A DNA stretch of 64,000 nucleotides from Moniliella sp. 'wahieum' (lineage: Eukaryota): positions 1 to 64,000 of the forward strand of contig RSEE01000147.1 of NCBI GenBank assembly GCA_003971905.1. Direction: 5' to 3'. Position 1 is the stretch's first letter. Every line of letters begins with the position of its first letter. Positions 48,684 to 62,791 of this stretch are shown here, one piece after another. The translations under genes were made by a program, and so were the position numbers. The notes below the pieces were generated by a model. That model saw only the letters and a list, made by a program, of their open reading frames with translations, had not been told where the DNA came from and did no database searches.

Positions 48684-49257
48684 GCTCGCATCGTAGGTGC
48701 TCCGACCTCCGACCCGCCGTGGACCCGCAGGGGACGTTGGGCTCCTGTGTCGAGCCTAGGCTAGCGAATCATCTCTACGCGAGACAAGCAATGCACCTGA
48801 GCTACTACTGCCCCTGTGGCGCGAGGGACGCGTACCACCTGTCTAAGGCATGGGTGCCTGTCTGGAGGCGCCAAGGCACCTAGCTGGGCCCATTGGCCCA
48901 CGTCTGTTGATGCATGAGCTAGTACACTGAGAGAAGGTGGTAGGGGGGAGCAAGGAGGCCTAAGGCTACGCCCGTCTGGTCCTTGGTCTGCCTTCAGATG
49001 CATCCTTGAGCAGTACGATAGGGAGGGTCATATCGATGAGATTGGGGAGAGAGAGAGAGCCCTACACGGGGAGCCTGTACGGGGAAAACAAGGCTAGGGC
49101 CCACTACAGAGCAATAGGAGGTCAAAAGAGGAGGGAGAGGAGAACGGTCCAAGGAGGCAGCGCGGTGGTGCCCGCACGAGCCGGGGGAAAAGGGCGCGCA
49201 CGAGATACCGAGGAAAGGCCACGGAGTGGGGGAGAGTGTGGATGTCACGTCAAGTGG

Positions 49258-50720
49258 TTACTGCTCCTCCTCGAGCTCAATAGTAAAGGAGGTGATTTGG
49301 GGCAGGTAGGCCGAGGCAGCCAAATCAAGGTACCACATGTCCCCGTACACGTCCTTACCATCGAACCCACCATGGACAAAGAGGCGAGAGTCGCGGAGCC
49401 AAGTTTGGTGGTACCCACGCCAGATGGTGGGCGCCATATGCCTTGCGCTTTTCCCATTGCAAGTTGACCAGGTTGAGACTCAAGATCTCGGTGGTGTAGG
49501 ACTTGCTGTCATGTCCGCCGATCACAAACAGGTACGAGCCGACTTGGGTGGCAGTGTGGCCAAGACGGTAGTGGACTTCGTCCGTCTTGATTTGGTACCA
49601 GACCTTGGTATCGAGCTGAAGAATGTGAATGTCGTTGAAGCTCATGTGGCCGTCCGAGCCACCAATCACGATCAACTTGTCGTCCACAATGTTGGCAGTG
49701 TGGTAGCCGCGTCCGGCGGGGGCTTACCCGTGCACTCCCATTTGGACCATTGCAGTACGGTCTGCTGGACCTGCTTGTCGGTGCCTTCGCCCTCGGGCGC
49801 CGGGTCGGAGGAGACGGGAACAAGGCTGTACACGTCGTTCAGCGCCCCGACCCCATTGCCACCGCCAAAGACGATCATCTGGCCGTTCCAAGCATTGGCC
49901 GTATGAGCACGACGGGGCGAAGGAGGCGTACCCAAAACCTGAACGCCCGGCTGCGGCTTGGACCAACGCAGAGAGAGGGTGTCCAAGACATAGAGATCGT
50001 TAAAGTAGTGCGGACCATCTCCACCGGCAAAAATGTAGAGCGTATGGTCAATCATGCAGGCAGAATGGGCACGGCGCGGGGTTGGTACCTCGCCGGCCAC
50101 GCGCGGGCGGGACCAACACATGGTCTCGGTATCAAACGTCCACAGCTCGCGCGGAACAGCCTTTCGAATCGCACCCGCCAAACACGTACACCGTCTCGTC
50201 CCCCAATGTAGCACTGTGCGCGCGGAACGGCCGGCGTGGCGCGACGCCATGGACGGGGGAGCGAGACCAGTACATGCTCGGCGCTGGTGCCTGGGCCACG
50301 CGGGCCGAGGGCAAGTGGGGCACAGCAATGCGCACAGCAGCGCGGCTGCTGGCATCCTTGTCCTTGTCCTTGTCCTTGTCCTTGTCCTTGTCCTTATCTT
50401 TGTCCTTATCTTTGTCCTTATCTTTGTCCTTGGCATCGTGGGCGCTCGGGTCAGAGCGGTCTTTCTTGGGCTTGTCAGAGCGGGGGTCGGTGCCGTTGGA
50501 AAGCGTGTGGTGGTGGCTCGAGGCCGGGGCGGCAGACGCGGCAGAGGGCATGCCATTGCCATTGCGCACGACAGCCTCCGCCGTTCCGTCTCGCCCACGG
50601 TCAAGGGCGGGGTGATGCTGTGGCGGGAGGGCACAGGCGGCGAGGGAGCGACAGCAGCCATGGCGGGGGCGGGGGCGCTGGCGCGGGTGGAGGGACAGAC
50701 GGCCGCGGCGGGAAGGGAAC
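49258..50720 (-). CDS. Kelch-repeat beta-propeller protein with an N-terminal (KD)n tract
   Basis: Repeated RAHS/T...VFGG motifs (VYVFGGCD, YIFAGGDG, IVFGGGNG, IVIGGSDG, FVIGGHD); ends LAASAYLPQITSFTIELEEEQ*; start uncertain. Confidence 0.88.
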
Positions 50721-52322
50721 ATCTGGCCGAGCTAAAGTGCTAGGATGCGTGATGCGTGATGCTGTGATAGTGATGCGACAGCCCACGCAGCCCCGTGCTG
50801 GGCTGGGTGGCGTGTGGCCCGGTGCGGGGGAGCGCATCACGCATGGCGCCTCACGCGTGGGGCGGCCGGGGTGGGTGCTGCCTGCTGCTGGCCCGCGCGC
50901 CACACCAGCGCGCCCAGCCGGCTCGCCACACGTGACACTGCTCTGGTGCGGTGGCCTGCGCCCAGGCCCCCGGCGGCCCGAAGCGATGCAGGGCCCAGGC
51001 AGGTCGCTGCTCTGGCCTTGTCTCCCCCAGTTCCACGTCGTACGCACCACTCCCAATCCAATTCAAGCCGCCAAGACTGATCTCGCCACACATACACACA
51101 CATCTCTCTCTCGCTCTCTCTCTCTACCACGCTCACCCGTCTGCACTTTGTAAGAAGCAAGAGGCACACGTGTAGGTATGGGCGGCGGCGGTGGCGGCGC
51201 GGTAGTCGATGATATAAGACGCACTGGAAGCGAAGCGAAACCATGCCGGGAGAGAAACGATGGAACGATAGAACGATGGAACGAAGGGACGATGGAACGA
51301 TGGGAGATGGGACGATGGAATGATGGGAGGATGAATACGATCGATGGGGAAAAGGAGCAAAGGAGCGGAGGAGGGAGGAGCAAGAAGCAAAGGAGTATAT
51401 GAGCGAAGGAAGGAGGGCGATGAAGGGGGGGGAAAGGGAAGGGGAAGGGTTCAGATGAGGGTACCCGGTACGAAAGAGAAAAAAAAGAAAATGCGAGATC
51501 CAGAGTGAGCTTGGTTTACTCCCGAGCAGGAGAGAGGCGGGTACAGGGGGGAGGGGGGTAGCGTGCAACCATATGCAAAATGCAAGATCCAAAAGACCCA
51601 AGATCCAAGATCCAAAGCCCAAGATGCCCAACATGCACAAGATGCCCAAGATGTACAAGATTCAAAATCCGAGATGCGAAGGGGGGGAGGGAGGGAGGGA
51701 ACGAGGCCGATCTGAGGGTAACGCGGTAACGGTGGCTGAACCCCCCACCCCTACCACCACTACCACATCCTTCTGGCCAAAGGCGAACAAAGCAAGTAGT
51801 ACAACAGCAGAACAAGGCCGGACAAAAAAGTAAGACAGAAAGGAAAGATGAACCAAGGGGGAAACGGGAACCCCCCTCCCAACCCCCTACCCTCAAGTGC
51901 CCAGCGCGGGATTTGCACTGAAGAGTACGCTCACGACGGGGCGGCCGTCTGCGGGTGAGCATGGGCATGGGGATGCACAACGGGGGAGGAAAGTGAGCGA
52001 GGCAAGCCTGGCGAGGAGGCGTATGTGCGTGCGTGTGCACAGCCAACAACGTCTCCCGTCGAGGTACACCAATCGACCCGGCTGCCGTACCAGCTTGGAC
52101 CACCGCCGAAACCGTGCTCCACCCCGAGGGGGAGGTCCCGTCCCTGCCCCGTCCCCGACCCCGTCCCCGGCACCGGGCCCTGCCCACTCAACTCTACCAA
52201 AGTATCACCACCCGCACCTGCACCTGCACCTGCACCCGCACCTGCACCCGCACCCGCACCCGCACCCGCACCCGCACTTGCACGCACGCCCGTCGAGTCC
52301 GCCTCGAAGTCCGAGGGGGGAG

Positions 52323-55277
52323 TTACGCGTACACTAGGCCGGGGCGAGCGTTTGGGCCGCCACAGACGCAGTAGCGACGACCCGGACGGTCGCCGCGCCC
52401 GCGGGGTGGGCGCGAGGACGTCCGCTCGGATAGACAGGAGCGAGGGCGGGCGTGCAGGGCTCGTTGGCGCCGTTGGGGCTGATGGGGCCGATGGGGCCGA
52501 AGGGGTTGATGAGATGATGGGGCTAATGGAGCTGATGGGGTAGGGGAGGCCTGGGTGTGCGACAACAGTGCCGGCACAGTACGTGTGCTAAGCACTGACG
52601 GACGACGAAATGCGCTGGGAGGTTGGGAATGCGTGCTGGCCGAGTCACGGAACGAAGCAGAAGCAGACGCGGGAGTGGAAGCAGAAGCAGAAGCAGAAGC
52701 AGAAGCAGGGAGAGGGAAGGAGGTTGTAGAAAGCGTGAGCGAGCGTGGCGAGGCAGGTACACCGTCGCCTTGGTGCCCGTCCCCGCCGACCTGGAACTGG
52801 GACTGGGACTGATGCTGCGACTGCGGGGAGTGAGGCGCGGCGTGCGTGCGGGTTGGACTCGGTTCGCCATTCTGGTTTTGGGATTGGGATTGGCCTTGAC
52901 TTTGGGATTGGGTCTCGCTTGGGGTTCGGGTACGCAGGGTGGAGGTACTAGGGGACAAGCCGAGGCCGATCGGTGGGGGCCATCTGCGAGTGGTGGGTGT
53001 ATTGGAAGGGACCTCTTCCAGCTCAGCGATCGATTCGGTCGTGGGGAAGGACTTGGCCATCGTTCGTGGGGACGAGTGGGACGAGGAAGAGCAAGGGAGG
53101 AGGAGGAGGAAGCGGAAGCGGAAGCGGAAGCGGAAGCAGGTGGTCGTGCACTGGTCGCTGTAGCGGTAGCGGTAGCATGCGGAGAAGAAGACAGATGGTG
53201 CTGCGCATGGGTACGCGCATGGGCATGGGCATGGGCACGGGCATGGGCCTGGGCCTGGGCATGAGAATGGGAATGGGTCGAGGAGGACGAAGCGCCTTCC
53301 AGATCAAGATGTGGTCGGGCCTCATTGCCAGCGCCAGCGTCGGGGGCTGCGCGGTCCCGGCGCGCATCGGCAAAGGTCTGGGCAAAAATTTGGTCCACTA
53401 CCGAGATGGCATCACCGCCCGCCGCCGGATCAGGACCTAAGTCAAAGAAACCATATCCGTTCGGGTGAAACGAGCTGGTTCCAGGCAAACTTGTGGTGGG
53501 CAAAGGGTGAGGACTGGTGCTGGGCCCACCACCTCCGCCTCCGCCTCCTCCGCCTCCGCTCTGCAGCGAGGGGGAATAGGAGTAGCCGCCGCCCTTGGTA
53601 GCTTCTTCCTGGCTCGATCCGGCGGTTGTGGGGTGTGCGCGTGCGGGCGGAAGGACGAGTGCCGAGCGGGAGCGCGAGGAGGGCAGGTGCGGTGCGGGCC
53701 GAGGGCGGACGAGAAAAGAACATCGACCCAGAACCAGCGCCAAACGAATGAGACGAAGCTGTATCCGAGCCGTCGAGCGTGTGCGTTCCCGTTCCCGTTC
53801 CCGTGCCCGTAGCCGAGGCCGAGGCCGAACCGGGTCCCGATCCGGACGGCGTCCCTGTCGGATCGCCCAACCGAGCCGAGGCGATGGTGCTTGCCTTGGA
53901 CGCGCCCGTGGGCAGTGACGGGTTGGGCGAGCGCCACAGGGCGACCGGGATGCCGGTCGAGATGGGCGGCAGGGAGTATCCGCCTCCGGCGCCACTGCCT
54001 CCGCCTACCCGGCGAATAGTCAAGGTGACCCTCAACAGAGCGTTGGTTTTGCCAGCGGCCAAGAGAAATTTGCGGGTATCGGTGCGTGTATCGGAAGGCT
54101 TGGATTTGGGTGGGTGGAAGCTATGCGCGGTGAGGTGACCATGGGAGGAGGAGGAGGAGGAAGGTTTGGGTGCCGGCGGCGCATACTCGGCCAAGTTGAT
54201 ATCGGCATGGCCCAAGACCTCTTTGTTCGGTCCGACCGGAATCTTGCGGGATGTGCTGGTGACAACGAGATGGAGCATGCTCGTGTCCAGTTCGCCCGCA
54301 CGTCCTCAGGCGCGGCAAACAAGCCGTTAGTTGCGTTGGCCGTTTCCAACGTAGGAAAGTGCGAGGCGCCGGTGGACCAAGCGGCCGAACGGACGGAGGT
54401 CGAACGCGCATCCTCCTCCCGCCCCGGGGTGGAGGTGGTGCGTTTGCGCGCAACCGAAGAGTGAGACGCGTCGCCAGGAGCCGCCTTGGCGGATGCAGCC
54501 TTGTCAGCTGCTCCGCGGGGGCGGATGGGTACACGAACGGCAAAAATCAGCGTGCGTTCGAACCGGGCCACGTGGGAGCGGACTGTTGCCCCTGGGGTAT
54601 GCCCCCTACTCTCCGAGGGCCGGATGGGCGCCTGGTTGCCACTCGTGTTCAATCGCGACAGAGAGTGGCAGGGGAGGAGGATGAGGAGGAGGCAGTGGAA
54701 AGGGGGAGGTGAGCGGTGGCCACGGTGCGCTCCGCACGCTCTTGCCACTCCTTGTACGGGGCCGGGAGGAGGCAGGCAGCGAGAGGGGAGCGGGGGGGGA
54801 CGGCAGAGCGGGAGGAGGCAGCGAATTCGAAGTCGCCGCGGGCCAACTAGGGCGGGAGCAGAGGCGGGCTGAGTGGACGGGGGTGGAAAAGTGGCCGGGG
54901 CGCGACGCGGGAAGGACGTCAGAAAGCGATTCCAGCGACGCGGGTTGCGCGGGGCGCTGGCTGCTGGGGTGGCCTGCGGGACGCGGAGCGAGAGGCTGCT
55001 GGGGCCGGGGGAGGGGGAGGGGTAGGGGTAGCAAGAGGCGCAGCATCGGCAGGCAGGGGCGGGGCGGCGGAGTGGGAGGAGGGCAAGGAGAGGAGGGCTA
55101 CGGTGGCGGCGTTGGGAGGGAGTGGGGGGGGAGGCGCCAACTGAGAGAGCACTGGCCGGCGAGGACGGGGACGTCGGCGACCTCGTGGATGGTGGCGTGG
55201 ACGACAAAGGTGGCCTTGGCGGGGTGGCGGCGGCCGAGGGGCGCGGCGGAGAGGAAGGAGGGGAGGGCGGTGGGCAT
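52323..55277 (-). CDS. NT-C2 (EEIG1/EHBP1-type) domain protein with a long low-complexity tail
   Basis: ATFVVHATIHEVADVPVLAGQCSLSWR, SRGHT...VRSHVARFE, LGHADINLAEYA and TRKFLL..GKTNALLRVT; 3' end uncertain. Confidence 0.78.
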
Positions 55278-56919
55278 GGTGGCGGGGGGGCTCCGGGCAC
55301 GCGCTCGCTCCCTCGGTCGCTCGCACTCGCACTCGCGCGAGGAGGTGGTGGGCGCGGGCGGCGCTGGGAGGGGCGGGAGATGGTGGCGGGGGCGGGAGCG
55401 ATCTGAGACCGGGGTCGGGACGGCGGTGAGGCCGGTGAGGATGGGGGAGGCGAGCGCTGGGCGGCGGTGCGCGCAGGCGGGAAGGGAGCAACTAGGACAT
55501 CACGAATTAATCACGCACCCTGCACGGGGGGGGGCCGCGCAGGCCGAGGCGGCATGTAGGGCGCATGCGCAGGGGGGGGCCGCACCAGGGCAGTGTGGGG
55601 CGTGCTGCCGGGCGCGGCCGGGGGTGGCTGGGAGATCAGAGGCGCGTGCCGGGCGGCAGCATGCAAGGGCTCAGCTCAGGCTCAGCACTCCGGCTGAGGA
55701 CGTGGAGTGCTGAGGTGCGCTGGGCGAGGCTGTGCGTGCGCAGGGCAGCCACGATGAATCCACACGCAAACCCAGCATGCCTGCGCAGGCGAGCGCAGCT
55801 GCCCATGCCGAGCAAGATGGAGCAGCCGCCGCGCTGCCCACCAGGCCCTCGCCAGGACGCCGCCAGGCACACACCCAAGCCATCCGCCCCCATCGAGCTC
55901 GGCTGCGACCCCAAACTGGGTCAGCGATGGTTATAATCTGGTACGCCCAGCCATCCTCACACGTACTCCCCGCGCCACGGCGTCCTCATTATGCCACACC
56001 CCAACCCCAGCCCCAGCATCAGCTCAACTTACAGCGGGCCAGAGCCAAAGAAGAGGCGAGAATTGGAGCCGATGCGTGCCCCAAGTTACCGACCAAACGC
56101 AGCCACCGGAGACAAAGAAGAAGACGCAGGACGTACAGGGAATACGGGAGAGAGGGGGCCGCCTGTGTTGAGGCCGAGGCACCACATGCTGTGCAAGTCT
56201 TGCTCACCTCCCGGGTCCAGCAACCCTTCAGATAACTAGCAACTCTTCCCCCACCGTACCAAACCGTGTACGTGTACACCGCGTACAGGTACTACAGCTG
56301 GGAAAAAAAGTGTCTGTTCCTAAGTACACACACTCGGAACAGCCCTGAGCGGAAAAAGCAATGACAGCCAGCCACACGACGGAATATATGCAGCAGCTAG
56401 CACCCCCACGGCTAAGGCTACCGAGCTATGATACGCTATCCCACTGATGATTACACGCGAGCCAAACAAAGCCAACAGTGTGTCTGAACGTATAATTGAA
56501 GAGGGGGGACAGAACGAATGTAGTGTCAATATACCTGGCAACCAAGCCCGCAGGGGGACACTCTCGACGAGGGCCGTCAAGGCCGTGTGGAGGGAAGTGC
56601 GCCTGCGCACACGGGAAGAGGAAAGTGTCGAGTGTACAGAGATACAGTCTTGCAGTCGCGCAAAAGAAACGAGGGGAGAGTGTGGCGCCTGGAGGGCAGT
56701 AGCAGGTCAAGCGTAGAAAGCAGTTGGAGAAGGAGAGGGGGAGGGGGAGAATCGAGTGTTGTCGAGAGTCGAGGGTTGTGGAGGGTTGGTGAGAGAGTAA
56801 TCCAAAGAGGGTGAGAGGCGGGGAGGATGTCAAGAAAGGCAATGACAGTCACTGGCATTGGAGAGGGGTACCCTCGTGTGCATCAGGGACCAGAACGGAG
56901 CCCCAGGGACGGGAGGAGG

Positions 56920-58094
56920 CTACGACTGGCCGAGGGGGGAAGGGTACGCGGGCCGTTTGAGTGCGGCCTGGGAATCAGACACGACAAAGGAGGGGTTGTC
57001 CAGGGCCGTGTGGCTAGGGCTCATGAGAATTTTCGCATCGTCGCCCGAGCGAGGCGAGTAGCGAGAAACGTAGGATGCCGATTCTTTAGGCAGGTCGGGA
57101 ATGACGACCGATTGGTACTCGACCGAAGGCTGCGGGAGGTAGTAGCTGGAATTGGCGTGGTAGGGTTTGCCAAATTCGCTTGGCCTGGCGTAACCCTCCT
57201 TGGACGTCCAGCCTTCGGCAGCGACCGTCTCCGAGTCCTTGCGCGCAGGCCAAAAGTCGTACACGTACGTCAACAGGTAGACAACCAACAGGAAGCCAAT
57301 TGTCCACTCGCATCCTGCCGCGGCACTAATCCGCGTATTGCACACCTCGCCCTTTTCAAAGAAGCGCACGCCGCGGCAGGACATGTAGAGCGCGGCAAAC
57401 GCAACGGCCACAATGATGGCCAAGATAAAGATGATCAGTTTGAGCACCGCGGGTACAAGAGTTGTTTGGCCGCAGCGGCGACGTGGTCGTGGGATTTGGA
57501 CAGATCAAAGAGCATGATCGTCTGGAACAGAACCGACAAGAGCGCCCCCATAATAAACATAGCCGTCATGGACCAGTGGATGGTGCCATGGGCAAATGTG
57601 TTGAAGATACTGAGCATGATCAACCCCACCGATCCCAGCACGGCACACACAAGAGAGATCGAGTCGTACCAACTCGTCCGCATGTGAAGACTACCCGGGA
57701 TGTGGCGCTCGTGGCGCAAGTGACGCTCAATAAGAACGGTCATAATGTAAAATGAGGCCGTCAGGACGCAGAAGCCGATGAAGAAGTGTTGGTGCTCAGC
57801 ACTGGACGCAAAACGGGAAAGAGTGTGGTTGTCAGCATTGCCTTCTCCTGACGCGAATTGGAGTGGGGAGAGAGGGGTGGAAAGCAGAACAGAACCAAGG
57901 AGAAAAACGTACCCAATATCAGAAATGTACACCGAGTTGGTGTACTTGGTCCGGCGCTCGCCATCGACGACCGCCGTGCCACTGAAATGGTTGTGGCCAT
58001 TCGCTGCCCAGATAGCGAGGAGGCCAACAAGGCAGATGAACCACCACATGGCCGCCATAGCGGGCACAATCCAATAGTAGCCACGGAGCTTCAT
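56920..58094 (-). CDS. SFK1: Frag1/DRAM/Sfk1 family membrane protein
   Basis: WIVP...LVGLLAIW, VYISDIG(A), ERHLRH, GLIMLSIFNT, HWSM..MFI and AAGCEWTIGF; intron at about 57825-57911. Confidence 0.88.
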
Positions 58095-60500
58095 GGTGCA
58101 CAATGAAGACGATGAGGGCTTGGGGAGAGAAAACGAGTGTGTGGTTGAAAGAAAAGAAAGTGCAAGGCAACCCGTGACGGTAGGTAGCCTATATGGTGGG
58201 TTCGGGGACAAGGGGGGGATGGTGGGATGAGCCAGAAGAGTTGAGGGGGTGACCACCAGCTGAGAGATAGAAGGCTCCACGGCCACACGTCACAGATATC
58301 GACGGCAGAGATGCCTGCGATTCAAATGTTTGAGTCGTGGCGCAATCGGCATCGGCAGAAGGAGGCATGGAGACTGTGGGAAGAGTAGAGTGGGTTGCGC
58401 TCTGGTGGGCCTGTTGGCGCGCCCTCGCGGGCCGATATGTGAATGGCGAGAGCGTCGGCTCAGCGCTCAGGCTGAGCGGTCATCATCACACACCCGGCTC
58501 ACCTCGTCCCTGGCGCTCAGTCGCGCAGCAAGTGAGGAGGAGGCCAAGGACAAACACAGACTGGCGTCACCGGGTCACTCTTTCCCGTTTCTGCTATCGG
58601 GCCTACAAACCGGTTGTGCCGCGAGACGGGATATCGATGAATGGTCAGACTGGGGGGGTGCTCCGACGGGGGCTGTGTATGTGGTGTGCGGGGAAGACGC
58701 GCGAACTGTGCCTGGCTGTGGGGGAGACGAGGCAGCAGGCCTGGCGGTGCGTGAAGCGCGTGAAGGGGCAGAGGGACGTTGACATGTTGACAGGCCGTTC
58801 GGTCGTATTCATCCAGATCGGCAGCCGATCGTGTGTACACAGGCCAGCCGGGGCAAGGTGGAGGAGAGTGGAGGATGGATGATGGATGATCCGCAACTGA
58901 TCGACACTCGCCCTGCCTCGCTTCTGCTCACGCAGAGCTGCCGGCTGCCAAGCTGCGGCCCGCCGCTGTCCCGCGCGCCCACGCCGGCTGCCCTCCTGCC
59001 GTCGTGCCCCACAGGCTCCATGTCACCCATATCACCTTCAGAATGCCATCACATCCGCGGCCGAGGGGCTCACCTGAGCGCCTCAGCACTCTGCACCCAA
59101 ACCCCCACAAGCCTTCTTGGCAACATGTGGGGATGGTCGTGTGGGGAGGCATGTGCTACCCAGTACCCATTGTTGCGCCATACTATATACTACGAGGCTG
59201 TAGTACCCCATCCACCATACCTGGCACGCGACCCACCCATCCCGCCCGGACGGCCTGTTCCAAGCAGGCGCCTTAGGTAATGCGCACCGGTCAATCAGCA
59301 TGCAGTACCAGTAGTACTCAGCACCAGTTTGAGTCGCTGCTCCGTTGGATGCCCTTTTCAATGTTAAACGTTAAAACGCTAAGCCGTCTAACCTCCAACC
59401 GTTAATCGCTTTTCATGTTTCACGTTTCATTTCCGTGCTTAAAGGGCACAACGTTACACTGCCCCCTTGCCTCCCCGATCCCAGTACGCCAATCGTTTCC
59501 CCCGACGGCCGCCATTGGACTATACCCACAGGTACACCAAGAGAGACATCTGAGATCTGAGACTCAGAGACGAGATCGGAGAGATGGGACACGGGACATG
59601 GGATGCGAGATGTGGACAAATGCATCCCGACAAACTTGTTCAAGCTTCGGTGCTTGAAGCTTGAGGAGTTTCAGGCCCCAGGGGCTCAAGCGCTCCACGT
59701 TCAACGTGTCTCGCCAATCCTTAATCCCCAGAAATGGTATCGGCCAAACGTGTACCCGGATTGTGGGGCAGGTAGAGAGAGCGACCGACTGTGCCATGCT
59801 AAACAAACGAGACTCAGTCTGAGTGATGAACTCATCCGTCGCTCCCCGTATATAAACGAGACCCAGATAGAGGTTGCACCATCCGGACCATCAGCAAAAC
59901 AGAAAAAACGTTGACCGTGTTGGATGTTAGGTTTTGATTATAGTATAAGCGTTTGTTTCTCAGCTGCAAACCCCAAAAAGAACTTAATGCAGGCCACAGA
60001 GGAACGCTGCCCCCACCCCGGCTCATATGGCGTCGTATGCTGGGCAAGTTCGTATCAACTCACCAGGATTCATGTCAATCGTCAGGCGCGCGGATCAGAG
60101 TCGAAAGAAGCAGGTCTCTGGGGTAACCGGTTACCGGCCTTACCGGGGAGCGATTATTCGATTCCCTCTTGCCCTCATTAATCGTTGAACCCAAAGCTGT
60201 TCCTCGGGACAGTCTCATGCGCGGTCAGGATCAGTCGTTCTGGTGACCTTGCAAACAATTCATCTAACATAGTCCACCAGTCACCGGCGTGTAGCAACTG
60301 GCATCACTTAATCACTGACGGAGAGGTAGAGTATATTTCTCTGTGGGGAAGGGCTGCTGTTGGGGGTATTGTTGACGGGAGGTCCGAGGGCCAATCACCT
60401 CTAAGCCACATTGACCTGGTCCCTTCTCACACATCAAACGCGCTGAACGCGCATTCCATCGGACTCGCTCGGGCCTCAGACTGGTCTAGCGCCCGAGCCG

Positions 60501-60726
60501 TTTCTCTTCTTCTTCTTCTTCTTCTTCTTCTTCTTCTTTTCTTCTTCTTCTTCTTCTTCTTCTTCTCTTCTTCGTCTTCTTCTTCTTCTTCTTCTCTCTT
60601 CTCTTTTTCTTCTTCTTCTGTTCTTCTCTTATTCTTATTCTTCTTCTCTTCTTCTTCTTCTTCTTCTTCTTTCTTCTTCTTCTTCTTCTTCTTCTTCTTC
60701 TTTCTTCTTCTTCTCTCCTTTTCTTC
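60501..60726. repeat. (TTC)n / polypyrimidine microsatellite
   Basis: About 225 bp of nearly pure pyrimidine on the + strand. Confidence 0.97.
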
Positions 60727-61749
60727 CTGTCCTGGGCCTAGTCCCGCATCCTGTCTTCGAACCATCACCTTCAGCCTCTGTTGTCCATCAGATTTGCTGG
60801 GAGACGTAGGCCAATAGGTATATATTTCCTTTGTGGGAAGGGGCTCTGCTGTTGCGTATAGCACGTGGGGGTAGTGCCATAATGCGGCGCGACCTGGTTA
60901 AAAATGGTATACAGAAAGGCCGTCGGCGCTCGGTCAGAGGCTCCCTCAGGCAGGCCTCAGGCAAGTCTATCTGTCACCGAATGACTAACTGTACTAAGTT
61001 TTCGCTCCAATTTCCCATTCTGCATCCTGTGTTTCGCTCTTCTCTTTGCTTTTGCTTCTGTTCTCTGTTCTCTGTTCTCTGCCCGATGCCTTCTGTTTCC
61101 TCCCTCGTTTTATAGCCCCCCGGCTGTTACACTGTCTCCACTTCAATCCCACCAGCCACCATCAGATGCATCAGTATACTCAGTGCATCAGTGCGCAATG
61201 ATTAACGATGCAATGTATCGTCAGTCAGTAAGTTCTTTTCAGTGCTCAAACATCTTGTTTTTGATGGCCGTTTGGTGGCATAGTATCCGCGCGTCTCATC
61301 GTCACCATCACAACCAAGGGAAAAAATAGCTGTTGCCTGTTACATGGTAATAAGGAAAGTGCATCCGTGGCACTTTTGGTGTTATTAATTCTTGTCGAAG
61401 TCCACTTGCTCGAACAGGAGAAACAGGAAAACTTTTTCTCCTTGAGGGGTAACGTGGGCGTTGCGGTTTCCTCTCGCGCACCAACACTTTCCAGTATATA
61501 CGACCCAACCATGGCATCCTTTGTATACCACAGTCCCTCCCTGCGTAATCTGTGCCTCTCTACTACATTCTTGTGATCAATGATGCTCCGAATGCTCCGA
61601 ATGCTCCGAATGCTGATGCCATACTACCTACTGACTATGCCTACGGCTGGACCCCACCCTTCTGTGCTCCGCCACGTTCTCCTCTTCTTTCTGTGCAGCG
61701 GATTCATTAATCATTACTCATTGCTGATAACATGTGGGCGTCCCTGATG

Positions 61750-62460
61750 GAGCGCATATGGACACTGTGGCTCCCGCACAGCCTCATGCAACGCGCCCAC
61801 CTTGGGTTGGGTGCGGGTGCAAGCCAATATGTTGTGCTTCAGCGATGGCGTCAGATCGTCAGACTCCACTTGCACTCTGTGTGACATGGACATGTGAGCA
61901 TGTGAGGGCAAAAACAAAAGTGATGGCAGGAGAATCGATGATCTCTTTGGGTGCACCGTGCATGCACGTGGCGTGCTATACCTGACTAGAAGGCACAGGT
62001 GCATCCCCCCAATCAGGGGTATAGTGAAGAAGCGATATTACCTTTGGATGCCGACGGTATTCATTCAGACTGCATTGAGTGGTGCCGTATATACCAGAGG
62101 GAAAGGTGAAGCAGTCACACGATAAATCAACGCATGAGATCTGATCTAAGAGGGAGAGAGACACAAAGGAGTCAAGCGTCAAACTTCAAGCTTCAAGAGC
62201 TTCAAGGAAGATCTAGAACAGGGCAATATGCACGGCCGGTGGGTATGTGTGTGTGACCGACCCGTCAGGCGCGTCCGCGTCAGATAGCTTCATGAGCATG
62301 TCAAAGTACCCGCCCTTTTTATCCTGTAGGGAGTTCTCGTCCCCCCCTTTATCGAAACTCCATACAGAGGAAAGTGTTAATCTCGACCAGCACATCGCCC
62401 ACAACTTGATGACCTGGTAGAACTGCACGGATCGAAGCAGGTTGCGAAGCAATTGGTCTG
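61750..62460 (-). mobile_element. Highly degraded third copy of the RLE retrotransposon
   Basis: LRNLLRSVQ, GGYFDMLMKL and LKHNILACTRTQPKVGALHEAVREP resemble LRHLLRTLQ, HVDMLMSL and LEHIMACTHSQAKFGGLHEAVREP of copy 2. Confidence 0.75.
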
Positions 62461-62791
62461 AATACAGTAGAGTACAGTACAGTACAGTACAGTCAGGATA
62501 GTAAGAGGCGTCTTCACTAGCTTTACTGAAGGGCAATGCGATGAATGCCTGCCCCAGTTTGCACATCTTATTCGAATCCACGACCGCCGATAATCCGCAT
62601 CTCGCAAGCAAGTTCCCACCGAGGCCCACGAGCCCCGCTTCTTAAATTTGGTCCCGCTCCCGTTAAAACGTACATATATGCAGGTGGAGGGCGAGGTCCA
62701 ACGTATCTTTATCCAAACTCTCCGCTGCATGATCGACATGATCCGTAAGCAATGCATTAACCTCGGCGGGGCGCCATCAACTTGTTGGACA

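Noticed and set aside
56827..57687. Long plus-strand ORF of 286 aa, and similar antisense ORFs throughout
   Set aside because: Antisense shadows of GC-rich genes on the opposite strand
4055..58094. Programmed frameshifting or mass pseudogenisation
   Set aside because: Indel-type sequencing error is the simpler explanation because essential genes are affected equally
60185..60864. ORFs with poly-L/F/S or poly-K/E/R runs
   Set aside because: They are translations of the TTC microsatellite; no evidence of coding
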